This document shows, piece by piece, positions 51,188 through 63,995 of a stretch of DNA of 64,000 nt. The stretch's first letter is position 1; each line of letters opens with the position of its first letter. This DNA is from Callorhinchus milii (lineage: Eukaryota), in assembly GCF_018977255.1 (NCBI RefSeq), contig NW_024704743.1, positions 62,064,001 to 62,128,000 on the forward strand, given 5' to 3'. The notes beneath the pieces were generated by a model that was not told where the DNA came from, searched no databases, and saw nothing but the letters and a program-made list of their open reading frames with translations. A program made the translations under genes and the position numbers.

Positions 51188-52612
51188 TTTTGTGGGTGAA
51201 TAGCTAAACTTGGTTCCAGCACTTTTGATTATAATTGATATAATTAAAAGTACTCCCTTAAAACAGAAATATTCTGTATGTCATGTTAATAATTTAGAGG
51301 ATTTGTCACTGTGAATAGGTATAGATCATCTAATACGAGATTCTCGAGCAGCCTGAATGGTTACTAACATAATTAACCTCAGTACAACCATGACCAACTT
51401 GTCACCAACTTGTCACTGACCAATGTGTGAGTTGTTCATCAACTAGTGAAATGTCATCCTACACTATGTGAGTTTAAAGTCCCAATGTGGGGCTTGAACC
51501 TACAACCTTCTGACTCAGGGGCAAAGGATGCTTCAGATTGAGCCAGGATGACACTTTCCCCCCCACAAATGTGATATTTTTCACCCTATTCTTGAACAGC
51601 AAACGGAAAATGATCTGGATGAACTTTTAATTATATCAAATTGAAAAAAAATCTTGCCTGTCGGCTCACAGATATCAATGCTAATAAATAATTAATTCCA
51701 AGCATTATGTTCTTCTAATTGAGTCAATTGCCACCCTGAGTAAAAGGAATGTGTAAGCCCATCTGCTCACGTAATTAGTAAATGGTTTAAATGGGAAGCA
51801 ATTTGACAGACTTTTGAAACCCAAACCCAGTAACAGCTTGGTGTGCTACACTCTAGGCCTTATCTCCTCGTCCTGTAGGTATTTCAATACATAAAAAAGA
51901 AAGACAGGACATCAGACGAAAATAAAAGTCAGAGTGCACACAAGGCAACTGAGGTTAGCACCTCTTGTTCAAATGCCACCACACTCTATTAATGACTACT
52001 TCTCGTATTCATGTTGACTTTATCATGTGAACCTACAGACTCAGTCTGTAGAGACCTGCCTTGAACTTACACTCTCAGCAACTTAGAGCAAATTGATGGA
52101 TAGCAGAGGAAATAAAAAACAGCTATCTGACGAGGCTGCTGCTGTTATTAAAATATCCTCTGGCCTTCAGGCTATATTGGCAGTAGAATTGCAAAGATTA
52201 AGTAAGAAACGGATCTAAGTTCTACATAGAGCTGAGTCACTGCAGCCTTGTACTTCCTTTTCTGTCTGATTTGTTTTATTAAACCTTATGTCTGAAATCA
52301 TCTCCGTATCTCTCAGTGACTTTGTTCTCTTTATATTTAAAAGCCTACAGCACGGGTCAAGGCTCATTATATTGCAGCAGTTTGAAAGTTTTTTTTAATG
52401 TGGGGGGAGTGTTTTCTCACTTTGTGTGCATTGCCTCTGAGTTTCTTTAAGGCCACACTTCAGACAATCCCCTTCAACGTAAGTTGGTTGAAGCCAGGAC
52501 ACTGGACATTTGAAAGCGGCTTGATGCTGTGATGGGCAAATAGTAGGGTGGGTATTCTGAACAGATGAGATCAAATGAGCAGAACCTCTTTCTATGATCT
52601 TGTGATCTAAGA

Positions 52613-53140
52613 TAATAATAATAATCCTTGCATTTGATATAACGCCTTATCACATCTTTGAGACGTCTCAAAGCGCTTCACAGAATATACTGTAAAGTGA
52701 ATTGCTGTATATTTTGTGGGCAAAATACAGCCAATTGTGCACAGCAATTCACAGTCGTGAATTTAATAATAATAATAATCCTTGCATTTGATATAGCGCT
52801 TTTCACGTCGGGAGGACGTCCCAAAGCGCTTCACAGAACACACTGTAAAGTGAATTGACTGTATATTTGTGGGCGAACGCGGCAGCCAATTGTGCACAGC
52901 AATTCACAGTCGTGAATTTAATGACCAATTTATTATTATTATTTATTTTACTTTTTGGAAGGAATTATTACCACCAGAAAAGTGATCTGCCAATTGACTA
53001 ACGATCGGGTTCCTACTTACTGCTAGGTAAACAGAGGCGTGTGGAGTAAGGAAACTTGCCTAACATTTCACCCTGCCGGAAATCAAACCCAGGTCTATCG
53101 CTTGTGAGGCGAGGGCTCTAACCTCTGAGGTACAGGACTC
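52613..53140 (-). mobile_element. Long chimeric SINE with an internal insertion of a young SINE 3' end
   Basis: Two tails and an identical 40-bp repeat at 52728-52767 and 52883-52922. Confidence 0.85.
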
Positions 53141-53391
53141 AACATACACAAAAGCAGGGTGGGAAATTGACCTTGAAGAAATGTGAAGGCAACAATCCAA
53201 ATTCTCCTCTGCCAGCAAGCTCTAGTGCAGAAAGGCCTAGTAAAGCCCATTGGAACAACCTGGTTCTGGGAGGTATCTGCCAGCTCCCAGCACATCATGA
53301 TAAGAAATTAAGATTATATATGGGGCAATTCATCCTGGTCCAAGCAGAGAAAAAAGTAGTGTATTAAAGTTGTATTTTTTTTAATTCATCT

Positions 53392-53810
53392 GTCAGCTTG
53401 GCTCAGTGGTAACACTCTTACCTCTGAGTCAGAAGGTTGTGGGTTCAAGTCCCATGTCAGGACTTGAACTCACATAGTCTAAGCTGACACTCCAATGCAG
53501 GGCTGAGGAGGTTGCATTGTTAGAGGTGCCGCCCTTCGCATGAGATGTTAAACCGAAGTTCTGTCTGCCTGTTCAGGTGACATGGCACTATTTAAAAAGA
53601 GAAAGGAGTTTTTTCCTGTGTCATGGTCAACAATCCCCCAAATAAAATTGTTAATTTCTTGGCTTTTGTGGGACATTGATGTGCACATTTGTGCTGCCAC
53701 ATTTCACTACAAGTACAGTCACTCCATTTCATAGTAAAATCCTGTGAAGTGCTTTAAGATGTCCTCTTGATGTGATGAGGTGTTATATATCAAATAATAA
53801 TAATAATAAT
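53392..53810 (+). mobile_element. DeuSINE (SacSINE1-like), full length
   Basis: TGGCTCAGTGG and GGGTTCAAGTCC boxes; GCTGACACTCCAATGCAG...GAGATGTTAAACCGA core; tail joined to an opposite-strand SINE tail at the TAA repeats. Confidence 0.85.
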
Positions 53811-54664
53811 CCTTGCATTTCATATAGCACCTTATCGTGTCATTGAGACATCTCAAAGCACTTCACAGAATATTTATTATTTACCTGAAGTCAAAATCGC
53901 TGACATACAACAGTAATAGAACACAATGTTTTTGAGGGCTTGCAACAATAGAAAATGCTGCACTACTCTATTTATGTGTGATGTATTCAAAAGTAAGCTA
54001 AGCATTCTTATTTACCGAATCCTGTATGATTGTGACAGCTTTTCTCGTCTATTCATTGAAAATAAATCATTTGGTTCCAATTTTTAGGCCATGTTTACCC
54101 AAAGATAAATATCATCTCAACAAGATACTTGGACTTGATGTTTCTCTGTCCTTGTTACTGTGTGCATTTACTGTGAAAAATTGGTTTCCTAAGAGGAGAA
54201 CAATTTATTATTCTCCATCCAAAACCAGCCTTGCCCTCTAGGGTTTAAATGTGTGTGGATCGATTCAACTTGTAAAAGCTAAATGACAAGACCTAAGTTA
54301 GGAGACCTTCCTCCTTCTTTTAGATTATGTATCTCCAGCATTCTAATCCGTAACTTTGATAGTTATTGTTTCTTTTTCTCCTGCAATAGAAAATGTAAAG
54401 GGATCTGAAAGCCACCTTGAAAATCCTTAAGTGCTAATGAATAATTCTTCTCAGTATTACCCCACTTAATTGAGTCAATCCCACTGTCTGTAAAACTGAA
54501 AAATAATTCTGTCTGCCAACGTCATTAAAAAAATCTTAACTCTTGAACAAAATTACAATTTAATTTCCAGATTTATATGCCTTTCTCAAACTCACTTAAA
54601 AGGGGAACACATAAATATCAGACTGAAGTATTTTTAAAGAAGGATGGTGCAGTATTACTTTGAC

Positions 54665-54912
54665 ATACCTCCACCCTCAGGAACTCCTTCCACAGTCTTT
54701 CCGCCTTACCCCTTCCCTTGCCTCCTTCAAGACCCATCTCAAGACCTTCCTCTTTAACCGTGCCTTCAGTCACCCACCTACCCCTACCCTACCTACCCTC
54801 CACTCCTCCTGATTCCCAACCACCAGCTCGGGTGCGGATCCCTAACTGTCCAGCGCATTGGGACGTCCTTCTGACATGAAAGGCGCTATACAAATGTAAT
54901 TTGTTGTTGTTT
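54665..54912 (+). mobile_element. L2 3' end
   Basis: ...TCCTTCAAGACCCATCTCAAGACCTTCCTCTTT...tail hairpin, (TTG)n. Confidence 0.8.
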
Positions 54913-55904
54913 GTGTGAGGAATCACTCCCCTTCCACCTCCCCTCAAGAAGTTAATGGACGGGAGAATCGTGCAGGGCGTTCACCACTTTTCAAATGTAA
55001 TTTGCACAAAAGAAAATTTTGAATCCATTTCCTGAGTGTCCTAATGAGCAATGTTTTTTGAAAAGGGATTGCATTTAAATAAAGGGAAACAAGCCATTCA
55101 TCATCAGAGATTCAGGAAGAGCAGATTAATTTGAAAATAGCAGAGTTGAAGCTATATCCTTGTTTCTTTCAATTAAAGGCTCTGGGGCTATCCAATGATA
55201 GGGCCATTACTGGAAGATCTAGAGGCTAACCTTTAAACATTAAATTGATCTGTAGCTTATCGGCAGTTCTTCCAACCCCTGCTGATCTTTTAAAGCTTAT
55301 TTTACTTATTTTCTCTTCTGTGGCCTGACCCAACTCTGGCTAAGACGGTGGGTGGGATTGACTATGGAACTCTATAAGAAACTGCATGGAAGCACTTTGA
55401 TGCTTGGTCTATTTGGTTGGAAGAGTTACAACATTGTTTCAAGCAGGAAAGTGATTTGAGCCGTAAAGTGTGTCTTACCAAGGGCTGGGTAGAGTTCTGG
55501 GCACATGTAACACAAACACATCAGCTGTTCACAAAATCACGAATAGGTTTGTCTGAAGAAGGTCCTTCGGCCCATTTGGTCTCATCCTTGAAGATGTCTC
55601 CTAACAAATCATCAAGCGCTTTTTTAAATGAGTCCCAGTGTTCTGGCCAATGAGTTCAGCATCCTATTTTGTTTGTTTCTGTGTCTTTAAAGAGCCAATT
55701 GTGGGACCAGCAGTTAAAAGCCCTCCCAGAGGTTCAAGATATGTCATGGTTCTAACTGCTCTTACTTTTCGACCACTGGGCTAAAATATAAAATTGTGCA
55801 GAATTTTGGCAAAAAAAATTAAATGTAGATAATTCGATCTTCCACTGTTCTTAAAAAATGCCTCATTTCACACCCCAATGTTGTTTTGAAAGTAAATGGA
55901 TAAT

Positions 55905-56255
55905 AATAATTACCCTAATTTTATATAGTGCGTTTTCTGTTGGGAGGATGTCTGCTCCTATTTTGTGGCAGAATGCAGCAGCCAATTTGCACACAGCAAT
56001 ATCCTACAAACAGCCATGAATGACCAATTTTATTTGGGGGATTGTTGGCCAGGTCACTGAGAGAATCTTCCTTCTCTTCAAATAGTGCCATGGGTTTTTT
56101 AACATCCACCTCAGTTTAACGCCTCATCCGAACAATGGCATCCCTAACAATGCAGTACATCCTCAGCACTGCATTGGAGTGTCATCTTGGACTATATGAG
56201 TTCCAAGACTTGACCTGGGGCTTGATCCCACAGCCTTCTGACCCAGAGCTAAGCT
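55905..56255 (-). mobile_element. DeuSINE
   Basis: Reverse Deu core CCTCAGCACTGCATTGGAGTGTCA, head remnant and tail. Confidence 0.75.
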
Positions 56256-56816
56256 GGCACACAAAAGCTTTTTCAGAAAGCTGGTACAGGCAAGGTGAAT
56301 TGAATGACTTCTTTCTGCTTTGTCAGGGCAATAGGAACTTTTAACCAATGGGTGGTAAAAAGATTGTATGATGCGATAATTAATCATCAGCAATCATTAT
56401 TTAGGGATAACTATCGTTGGGAGAAGCCTCGCCTAATTTTTAAAACGGTTTCACCCAAGTTATTTTCTGCCACCACCACTACTTGGTGGTGCAAGTAATC
56501 CTGCCACCATGCCCATCCCAGCATTTCAATGCCAATATCTGAAACGTAGGCTTATGTTATTGGCTCAATAACTGTAGAACAACAACAACAACAAATTGTA
56601 TTTGTGTAACTGGCTTTCGGACAAAACTATTGTAACAAAGCTGAAGGGAAAGGTTGTTTCCCCACTGGAGTTATCAGTGGGATGACTTCAGGAGTTAACA
56701 CATCACATAATACATTTCTCCCCCCTTCCTTCTCTGCGCACGAGGATCCCTGACTCTCCAGCACCTTGGTACGTCCTCCTGATGTGAAAGGCGCTATACA
56801 AATGTAATATATTTAT

Positions 56817-57055
56817 AATAATAATAATAATCGTTGCATTTGATACAGCGCTTTTCACGTCTTCCAGACGTCCCAAAGCGCTTCACACAATATACAGTAA
56901 AGTGAATTGACTGCATATTTGTGGGCGAACGCCACAGCCAATTGCGCACAGCAATGTCCCACAGTTGTAGATTGAAAATGATCAATTTATTATTGTTTTT
57001 TTTGGAGGGATTAGGCGTGTGGAGTAAGGAAACTTGCCCAAGGTTTCCCCTGCCT
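56817..57055 (-). mobile_element. Headless short chimeric SINE inserted in an L2 tail
   Basis: The L2 tail at 56758-56808 resumes as (TTG)n at 57060. Confidence 0.8.
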
Positions 57056-57899
57056 GCAATTGTTGTTGTTGTCAAGGAGCTCCTGGAAACAAACCAATAT
57101 TTTGTTTGCCATCAGTGGTGGTGTGACCTGGGGGATCATCATTACAGTAATTGGAGGAAAAGGTGCTGCTCCATCATGTGGAGATTTCCTTTATCATTCT
57201 ATAGTGTAGTTAAGCGTTTGAAGGTTGCATGTTGGACCTAAATTAGCTAAAGGCAATGTGAAATGTTACATTTAGTGGTTATTTAGTAGTGTTATTACAC
57301 AGCTTTTGCAGCTCGCTTCTATTGCTTCAGCACTGAAATTGTCAGAATTACTGCCAGATGAATTTCCACTTGCTTATACCTCAGGCAGTGTTAAAGACCA
57401 TCATGTCAATGCAAAGTAAAATTACATCTGAAACCATATGTAACACATCCAAATATCATACTCCAGTGACAGTAGTATTGTGTGGTATATCTCCACAGCA
57501 CTTAGGTCACGGAAATCTGAAATGCAATGTCTGAGATATACGTATCCAAATGATGTTTTTGTTCTGAAGACTGTTTTTTGGAAAAATGATGGTTTTTCCA
57601 ACTCCAAGTGCAGGTGCCGATTTTCTGACCATCAATAAATTTACAGACCTGCATAGAATTCAATGTTCTGACTGACTGAGTTCCATTTATTTGCAGGTGA
57701 CCAGGGAATCAAGCTTTTTCTTTGCAACAACAGCAACAAATTACATTTGCAGCCCTTTCATGTCAGGAGGACGGCCCAAGTTATTGGACAGTCAGGGACA
57801 TTCCCTGAATTTTTATGTTCATGTTGTTAAAGGAGGACAATGTTGGATAATGGAACATTTTCCCAATTTCTTTTACCACTGTCTACATAGGTAATGGCC

Positions 57900-58172
57900 T
57901 GCGATTGAAGGGGGGTAAATTCAAACCAAATCTACGGAAACACTACTTCAGTGAACGAGTAGTAAACTTATGGTACAGGCTCCATAGGGAAACAGTGGAA
58001 GCAGAAAATGTCATTTGTTTCAAGAATAAATTAGATAGATTTCTGCTAGAGAATAATATCTCAGGGTACAGTATATAGTTTGGGACATGACATGTCAAGC
58101 AACTGCCAGGATGATGGAAGGTGAACTAGATGGACCTTGGTCTTCTTTCGGCTAGCAAATTGTTATATTCTT
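57900..58172 (+). mobile_element. CR1 3'-end fragment (second CR1 family)
   Basis: AAATTCAAACCAAATCTACGGAAACACTACTTCAGTGAACGAGT...GATGGACCTTGGTCTTC; homologous to 28523-28790. Confidence 0.75.
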
Positions 58173-58831
58173 AACATCAAGCATTCTTGAGGCAGATATC
58201 TGACAACTCCAATGCCCATTAAGGTTCTCTCCATGTCCCAACACCCACATTAAGGCACTCCCACTGTGATTTTTCTTTCCATTTCTCCTAGCTGCCAAGT
58301 TTATAATCTCATGCTCCCGAAGGATTATGTTTGCTAGTAGAAAACTCATCCCATTTGAGCAGTGTTGTGAGTGAGTAGTTGCTCACATCACTGTTGAAGT
58401 GAGGCTATGAGTTGAGCTACAACAACAACAATAACAACAAGATTCCATTTATAGATTTATAGAGCTAGAGTTTACTTAGTGTGCTACTCTTGCACCTTCT
58501 AACATTCACACCCAAAGACACAATGATAATAACAAAAACACTTCTTGTATTTTAGATCAAACCTTGTAAACAGGTGGCCTTTAGTCAGAGTGGACAAGCT
58601 GAGGTTACGCAGGTATTCTTAAAAATAGTCCAAATTCTACTTGACATAACATAGCAAATTTTTTCTTCTACCTTGAGCCTTTAAGTCTAAGATGATGATA
58701 AATGCTCACAGATTTTTATTCACCTGCTGCTCCGAGATACATCATCCTTAATTGGTCACAAATCATCTCTGAAATCCACATGCTGTGTTCTAGGAACCTG
58801 CAATTTACATGTCTCCCTATTACATCTTTCG

Positions 58832-60188
58832 ACAGAAGGTCATGCTTGACCAACCTCATTGAATTCTTTGGAGGGGTAACAGAAAGAATAGACAAGGGTA
58901 ATGCGGTAAATAGAATATATTTAGATTTCTAAAAGGCGTTCGATAAGGTACCACGTAATAGACTGATGAATAAGGTCAGAGCATGTGGAGTCAGGGGACA
59001 AATAGCAGAATGGATAGCAAGCTGGCTACAAAACAGAAAACAGAGAATTGGGGTGAAGGGTAGCTTCTCAGACTGGCAGGGGGTGGGAAGTGGTGTTCCA
59101 CAAGGATCGGTATTAGGACCACTGTTGTTCACAATATACATTAATGATTTGGGAATCAGCAGTACAATTTCAAAATTTGCAGATGATACCAAATTGGGGG
59201 GAATAGTTAATACAGAAAAGGACTGCAACAAATTACAGCAAGATATTAATAAACTTGCTGAATGGACATTTAAATGGCAAATACATTTCAATGTAGAAAA
59301 GTGTGAGGTGGTACATTTTGGTAGAAGGAATAAGGAAGTCGCGTACATCCTGGAAAATAACCTAAATGGGGTAGAGGAGCAAAGGGATCTAGGGGTACAC
59401 GTAACAATTCACTAAAAGTAGCAACGCAGGTTAATAACAACAACAAAATTACATTTATAGAGCGCCTTTCACATCAGGAGGACGTCCCAAAGCACTGATG
59501 GAGTTCCAGAGTGTGGGAATAAGGCCATAATAAAGGCAAACCAGGCTTTGGGGTTCATTTCTAGAGGGATAGAAATGAAAAGCAGGAAACTTATGGTAAA
59601 TTGCTATAGACCCTTGGTTAGACCAAACTTAGAATACTGTGTGCAGTTCTAGTACCCACATTATAGAAGTGATGTAGAGACACTGGAGAGGGTGCAAAGG
59701 AGATTCACAAGGATGATCCCAGAACTGAGAGGTTATACCTATCAGGAAAGGCTGAACATGCTTGGATTCTTCTCTTGAAAATAGAAGGATAAGAGGTGGC
59801 CTGATAGAGGTCTTTAAAATGATGAAAGGTTTTGATAGGGTTGACATAGGGAAGATGTTTCCACTTGTGGGAGAGACCAAAACCAAGGGCCATCAATATA
59901 AAATAGTCACAAATGGATCAAATAGGGAAGTTAGAAGAAATTTGTTCACACAGAGAGTAGTGGGAATGTGGAACTTAATACCACAAGAAGTTGTTGAGGC
60001 AAATAGCATAGATGTATTTAAGGGGAAGCTAGATAGGTACCTGAGGGAAAAAGGAATAGAAGGTTATGCTTGAAGGCTTAGTTGAGGAAGGGCAGGAAGA
60101 GGCTCATGTGGAGCATAAACACTGGTGTAGACCAGTTGGGCCGAATGGCCTGCTTCGGTGCTGTATATTCTAATGTATTCTAATGTAT
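58832..60188 (+). mobile_element. 5'-truncated CR1 LINE with a nested L2 tail (59435-59497, minus)
   Basis: SCLTNLIEFF, GVPQGSVLGPLLFTIYINDL, KFADDTKLGG, RGGLIEVFKMMKGFDRVD; (ATTCTAATGT)2 tail. Confidence 0.95.
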
Positions 60189-60299
60189 AGACAGTGCACC
60201 CTGTACATAGTCGCTACAATTGATTGCAGGGAATCCGCCAGATATGTTTACCCTGACACAAACTTATATTGTCAAAATGTCTTCACAGATAATTGCTGT

Positions 60300-60580
60300 C
60301 AAATGTAAAAACTGTGTATTTGTGAGCAAACACAGCAGATAATTTGTGCAAAGCAAAGTCCTGCAATTAACCATGAGTTGAATGATCAGTTTTATCTGGA
60401 AGATTTTTGACCAGAACACTAGAAGCAATTAATTCCCTTCTCCTTTTGATTAGTGCCATGAGATCTTTAAAGTTCATCTGAACAGGCAAACAGGATCTTG
60501 GTTTAACCTCTCAATCCCAAGGTTGGCACCTCCAAGAAAGCAGGACATCCCCGGTAATGCTTTGAATGACAGCTTGGACT
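60300..60580 (-). mobile_element. Old DeuSINE remnant
   Basis: TAGTGCCATGAGATCTTTAAAGTTCATCTGAACAGGC...TTGGTTTAACCTCTCA. Confidence 0.6.
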
Positions 60581-61429
60581 ATACTCCATTGTTTTGGACT
60601 CCCCTACAAGTGGAAACAGCCTATTCAAGTCAACTTTTCTGAATTTTTCATAATTTTAAACACTTCTATCAGATCCCTTTCTGACCATTTCATTTCCAGG
60701 GAGAAAAAGTTTTATCTGTCCAATCCTTCTTGATAGCTGTACCCACTCATCCCTGGTAAAATAAGAGTGAGCTTCCAATTACTGAGCTTGCTATGGCCAA
60801 TTTTAAATTGTTGAGTTATAACCACGAAGAACTGTTAACATTACCTGAGCTTCTTGCAAGTAGATTGTTTACCACCAGGAAAAATAGATGACATTCATCG
60901 TATCTTTGGACTGGATTCAAATCAGGTTTAATCAAAGAAGTTTCATTGTGAAATAAAGTGCAACTTTGGGGTAACAGATTTGAAGTGATAATAATCTTAT
61001 AATCGTAAAAACCATTGGAATTTCAGTTGATAGGTATCAATTGGTTTTAGGTCTAAACGCTTACACTCTTCCCCCCACCCCCAAAATACGGGCGTGTACT
61101 CTCCATAGAATTTTCAGTTTGGTTTGGATACTTTTAGGCAAGGTAATGGGTTTCTGCATATATCAGACACGTGGCTGGATTCAAGCGTTGATTTAAAAAA
61201 AAAATTGGCATCATCAGCTTGAATACCCGCTCAGTGGTAGGACAGCAGTGACAAAATCACTTTACCAGGGCTGCTTCTGGCTGAGTTATGCTTAGCTGCA
61301 CAAATACTCTGTTTTCCTCAACTGAGAGCAAAATCTTTGCACCCAACCTTTGCTGAAGGAACATCAGAGAATGGTAGACAGTAGGATTGGTAGGATTGAT
61401 ATTCAGAAAAATAAGTATCAAATAACAAA

Positions 61430-61908
61430 AGTACGAGGATTTTTTACAGGATAAATAGGGAGAAGCTATGTAGGGAGTTATAGTTATAATGTAGTCACAA
61501 GAAAGCAGAACGTAGACAGCCAGTTCTGACGAAAGTCCATCGACCTGAAACGTTAATTCACTTTGCTCTCTTCATAGCTGCTATGCTGCCTGGCCTGCTG
61601 AGTGTTCCCAGCGACTCCTGTTTTTATTTCAGATTTCCGGCATCTGCAGTATTCACCTTTTGTTTCGCTCAGGGAGTTGTTGGGATGTGGAATATACTGC
61701 CAAGTAAAAGTGGTAAATGGTATCTTTGGGCTGGATTCAAAGTCTACTGTTGGTTTCGAGAGGGAAGCAGATAAATATATGAAGGATAGAGACTTGAAGG
61801 TGTATGGGGATAAGGCAAGGCAGTGGGATTAATAAACATCTTGCTCTGAGAGCTGATGCAGACTCGAAGGGCCAAATGGTCTCCAGTAAATTTCTGTGAT
61901 TCTATGAT
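61430..61908 (+). mobile_element. Old CR1 3' end, split by a Penelope-type insertion
   Basis: FAQGVVGMWNILP remnant; tail ...TGTGATTCTATG. Confidence 0.65.
61520..61663 (+). mobile_element. Penelope-like element terminal-repeat fragment with a minimal hammerhead motif
   Basis: CTGACGA-stem-GAAACGTT, then ATGCTGCCTGGCCTGCTGAGTGTTCCCAGC...TTTTTATTTCAGATTTCCGGCATCTGCAGT, which I recognise as a common elasmobranch Penelope end. Confidence 0.7.
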
Positions 61909-62579
61909 GATTTTACGAAGCTGAAAGGTCATCTTCATCTCCTCTGTTTTGCTCTTGGGAACAAATATACTATTAAATCATCACAGAACTAGTCAAACGA
62001 TATTGCACGGTTGTTTTTTTCCCTACACACACCATCACAGCACCTTGGAACTTCTTCCCGATGTGAAAAATGCTATATAAATGTAATTTTGCATTGTATA
62101 ATAAATGACATATTAAGTACAGAGCATATATTATAATTTAACAATAACAAGACAGGCAGTTGACAAAATGTTTTTGACATTTGGAACACAATTGGAAACT
62201 ATGTGTCACCCATAGAGTTTGTTAACAGTAAATATTGATGGTATTTACTGTACAATAAGGCAGCCTTCATGAGGCAGTGTAGTCCAACACTTATTTGTTG
62301 CAATATCAGCTAGAGCTTACAGTGAGGGAAAAGTAATTTAAAATTATATTGCAGATAATATTACATCAATAATATAATTTTTTTAATTCTTGTCCACAGA
62401 TTGTTTTTTGTTATAAATGCAGCATTATGTATCGAAAATATTTCTGTACTTTGCCAAATAGTGGGCTAATCTTCAAGGGTTGGGTACATTCTCCACTTAA
62501 TTTCAACCAGGCAGAAAATGAGTTTGGGAGGAGATTATTCTTTCCCAGTGGTTTTCCAATTTTTCGAGTCTATGCTCAT

Positions 62580-62975
62580 AGCTATAAGCTCTCATTCTTG
62601 ATATGATCTCTATGCATCTTCTCTGTAGCCTTTCCATGGCTCTGATGACCTTTCTATAATGGGGTGCCCATAAATTTCATGCAATGCTCCAAATTTAGCT
62701 CAATCAGTGCCTTGAATCATTTTAAAATAATATTCTTGCGTTTGCATTCAATGTCCAATGTATAAAACCCCAGAGTCTCAGTTTCTTTTTATGGCATTTT
62801 TCTACCCACACTGTTACTTTTAAAGATCTATTTATCTGCATTCCTAAATCAACATCATTAAGAACTGCTCCATTTACAAATCTTGTTTTCTCATTCTTTT
62901 CACAAAATATATTAGAATTTCTCAGTATTAAACTGTATCTGCCCAATTGGCAAAGTGGCCTATGTCATCCTGAAG
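62580..62975 (-). mobile_element. Old CR1 fragment
   Basis: Decayed DLGMQINRSLKV...LWGFI segment. Confidence 0.6.
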
Positions 62976-63176
62976 TTTCCTATATGCTTTGTCATCTCTG
63001 GACTTCCCTGCCTCAATTTCTCCATCTTACCCTCCTCCCTCCCCCCCGCCTCCCCCGTTCCCCCTTTCCCTGTATTCAAATCACGCCTGAAGATTTTCTT
63101 CTTTGGCTGGTCACCTTCCCGAGTTGAGTGTCAAGCCAACCTGCTGTTAAGGGCTCCAAAGCGCTACTTGCATGAA

Positions 63177-63995
63177 GAATCATAGAATCATAGAATTATA
63201 CAGCACAGAAGGAGGCCATTCAGCCCATCATGTCTGTGCTGTTTTTTTGAAAAGAGCTATCTAAATTAATCCCATTCCCCCACTCTGTCCCCATAGCCCT
63301 GCAAACTTGTCCTCCCCAAATAATTATCTACTTCCCTTTTAAAAGTTGTTATTGAATCGGCTTCCACCACCCTTTCAGACAATGCATTCCAGATCCGAAC
63401 AACCTGCTGTGTGGAAAAATTTCTCCTCCCCTCCCCTCTGTTTCTTTTAACAATTATTTTAAATCATGTCCTCGGGTTACCGACCCACCGGCCAGTGGAA
63501 ATAGTTTCCTTGTTCACCTTATCGAATCCTCTCATACTTTTGAAAGCTTCTATTAAGTCTCCTCTTATCCTTCTCTGCTCCAAGGAGAATAATCCCAGCG
63601 TCTCTAGCCTCTCCTCATAACTGAAGTCCCTCATTCCTGGTACCATGCTGATAAATCTCCTTTGCACCTTCACCAATGCCTTGACATCCTTCCTAAAGTG
63701 CGCTGCCCAGAACTGAACACAGTACTCTCGCTGAGGCCTAACCAGTGTTTTATAAAGGTTCATTATAACTTCCTGACTTCTGTATTCTATGCCCCTATTT
63801 ATAAAGCCTGGTATCTCATATGCTTTTTTATCCGCTTTATCTACCTGTCCTGCCACCTTCACAGATTTACTTATATGATCCCCCGGGTCTCTCTGTTCCT
63901 TCACCCGCTTTAAGATTCTACCATCAGCTTATATTGCCTCTCCTCAATCTTCCTCCCATAATGCATAACTTCACATTTCTCCATGTTAAACCTCA
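63177..63995 (-). mobile_element. CR1 LINE 3' portion, running to the window end
   Basis: LYKTLVRPQREYCVQFWAAHFRKDVKALVKVQRRFISMVPGMRDFSYEERLETLGLFSLEQRRIRGDLIE; (ATTCTATG)n tail. Confidence 0.95.
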
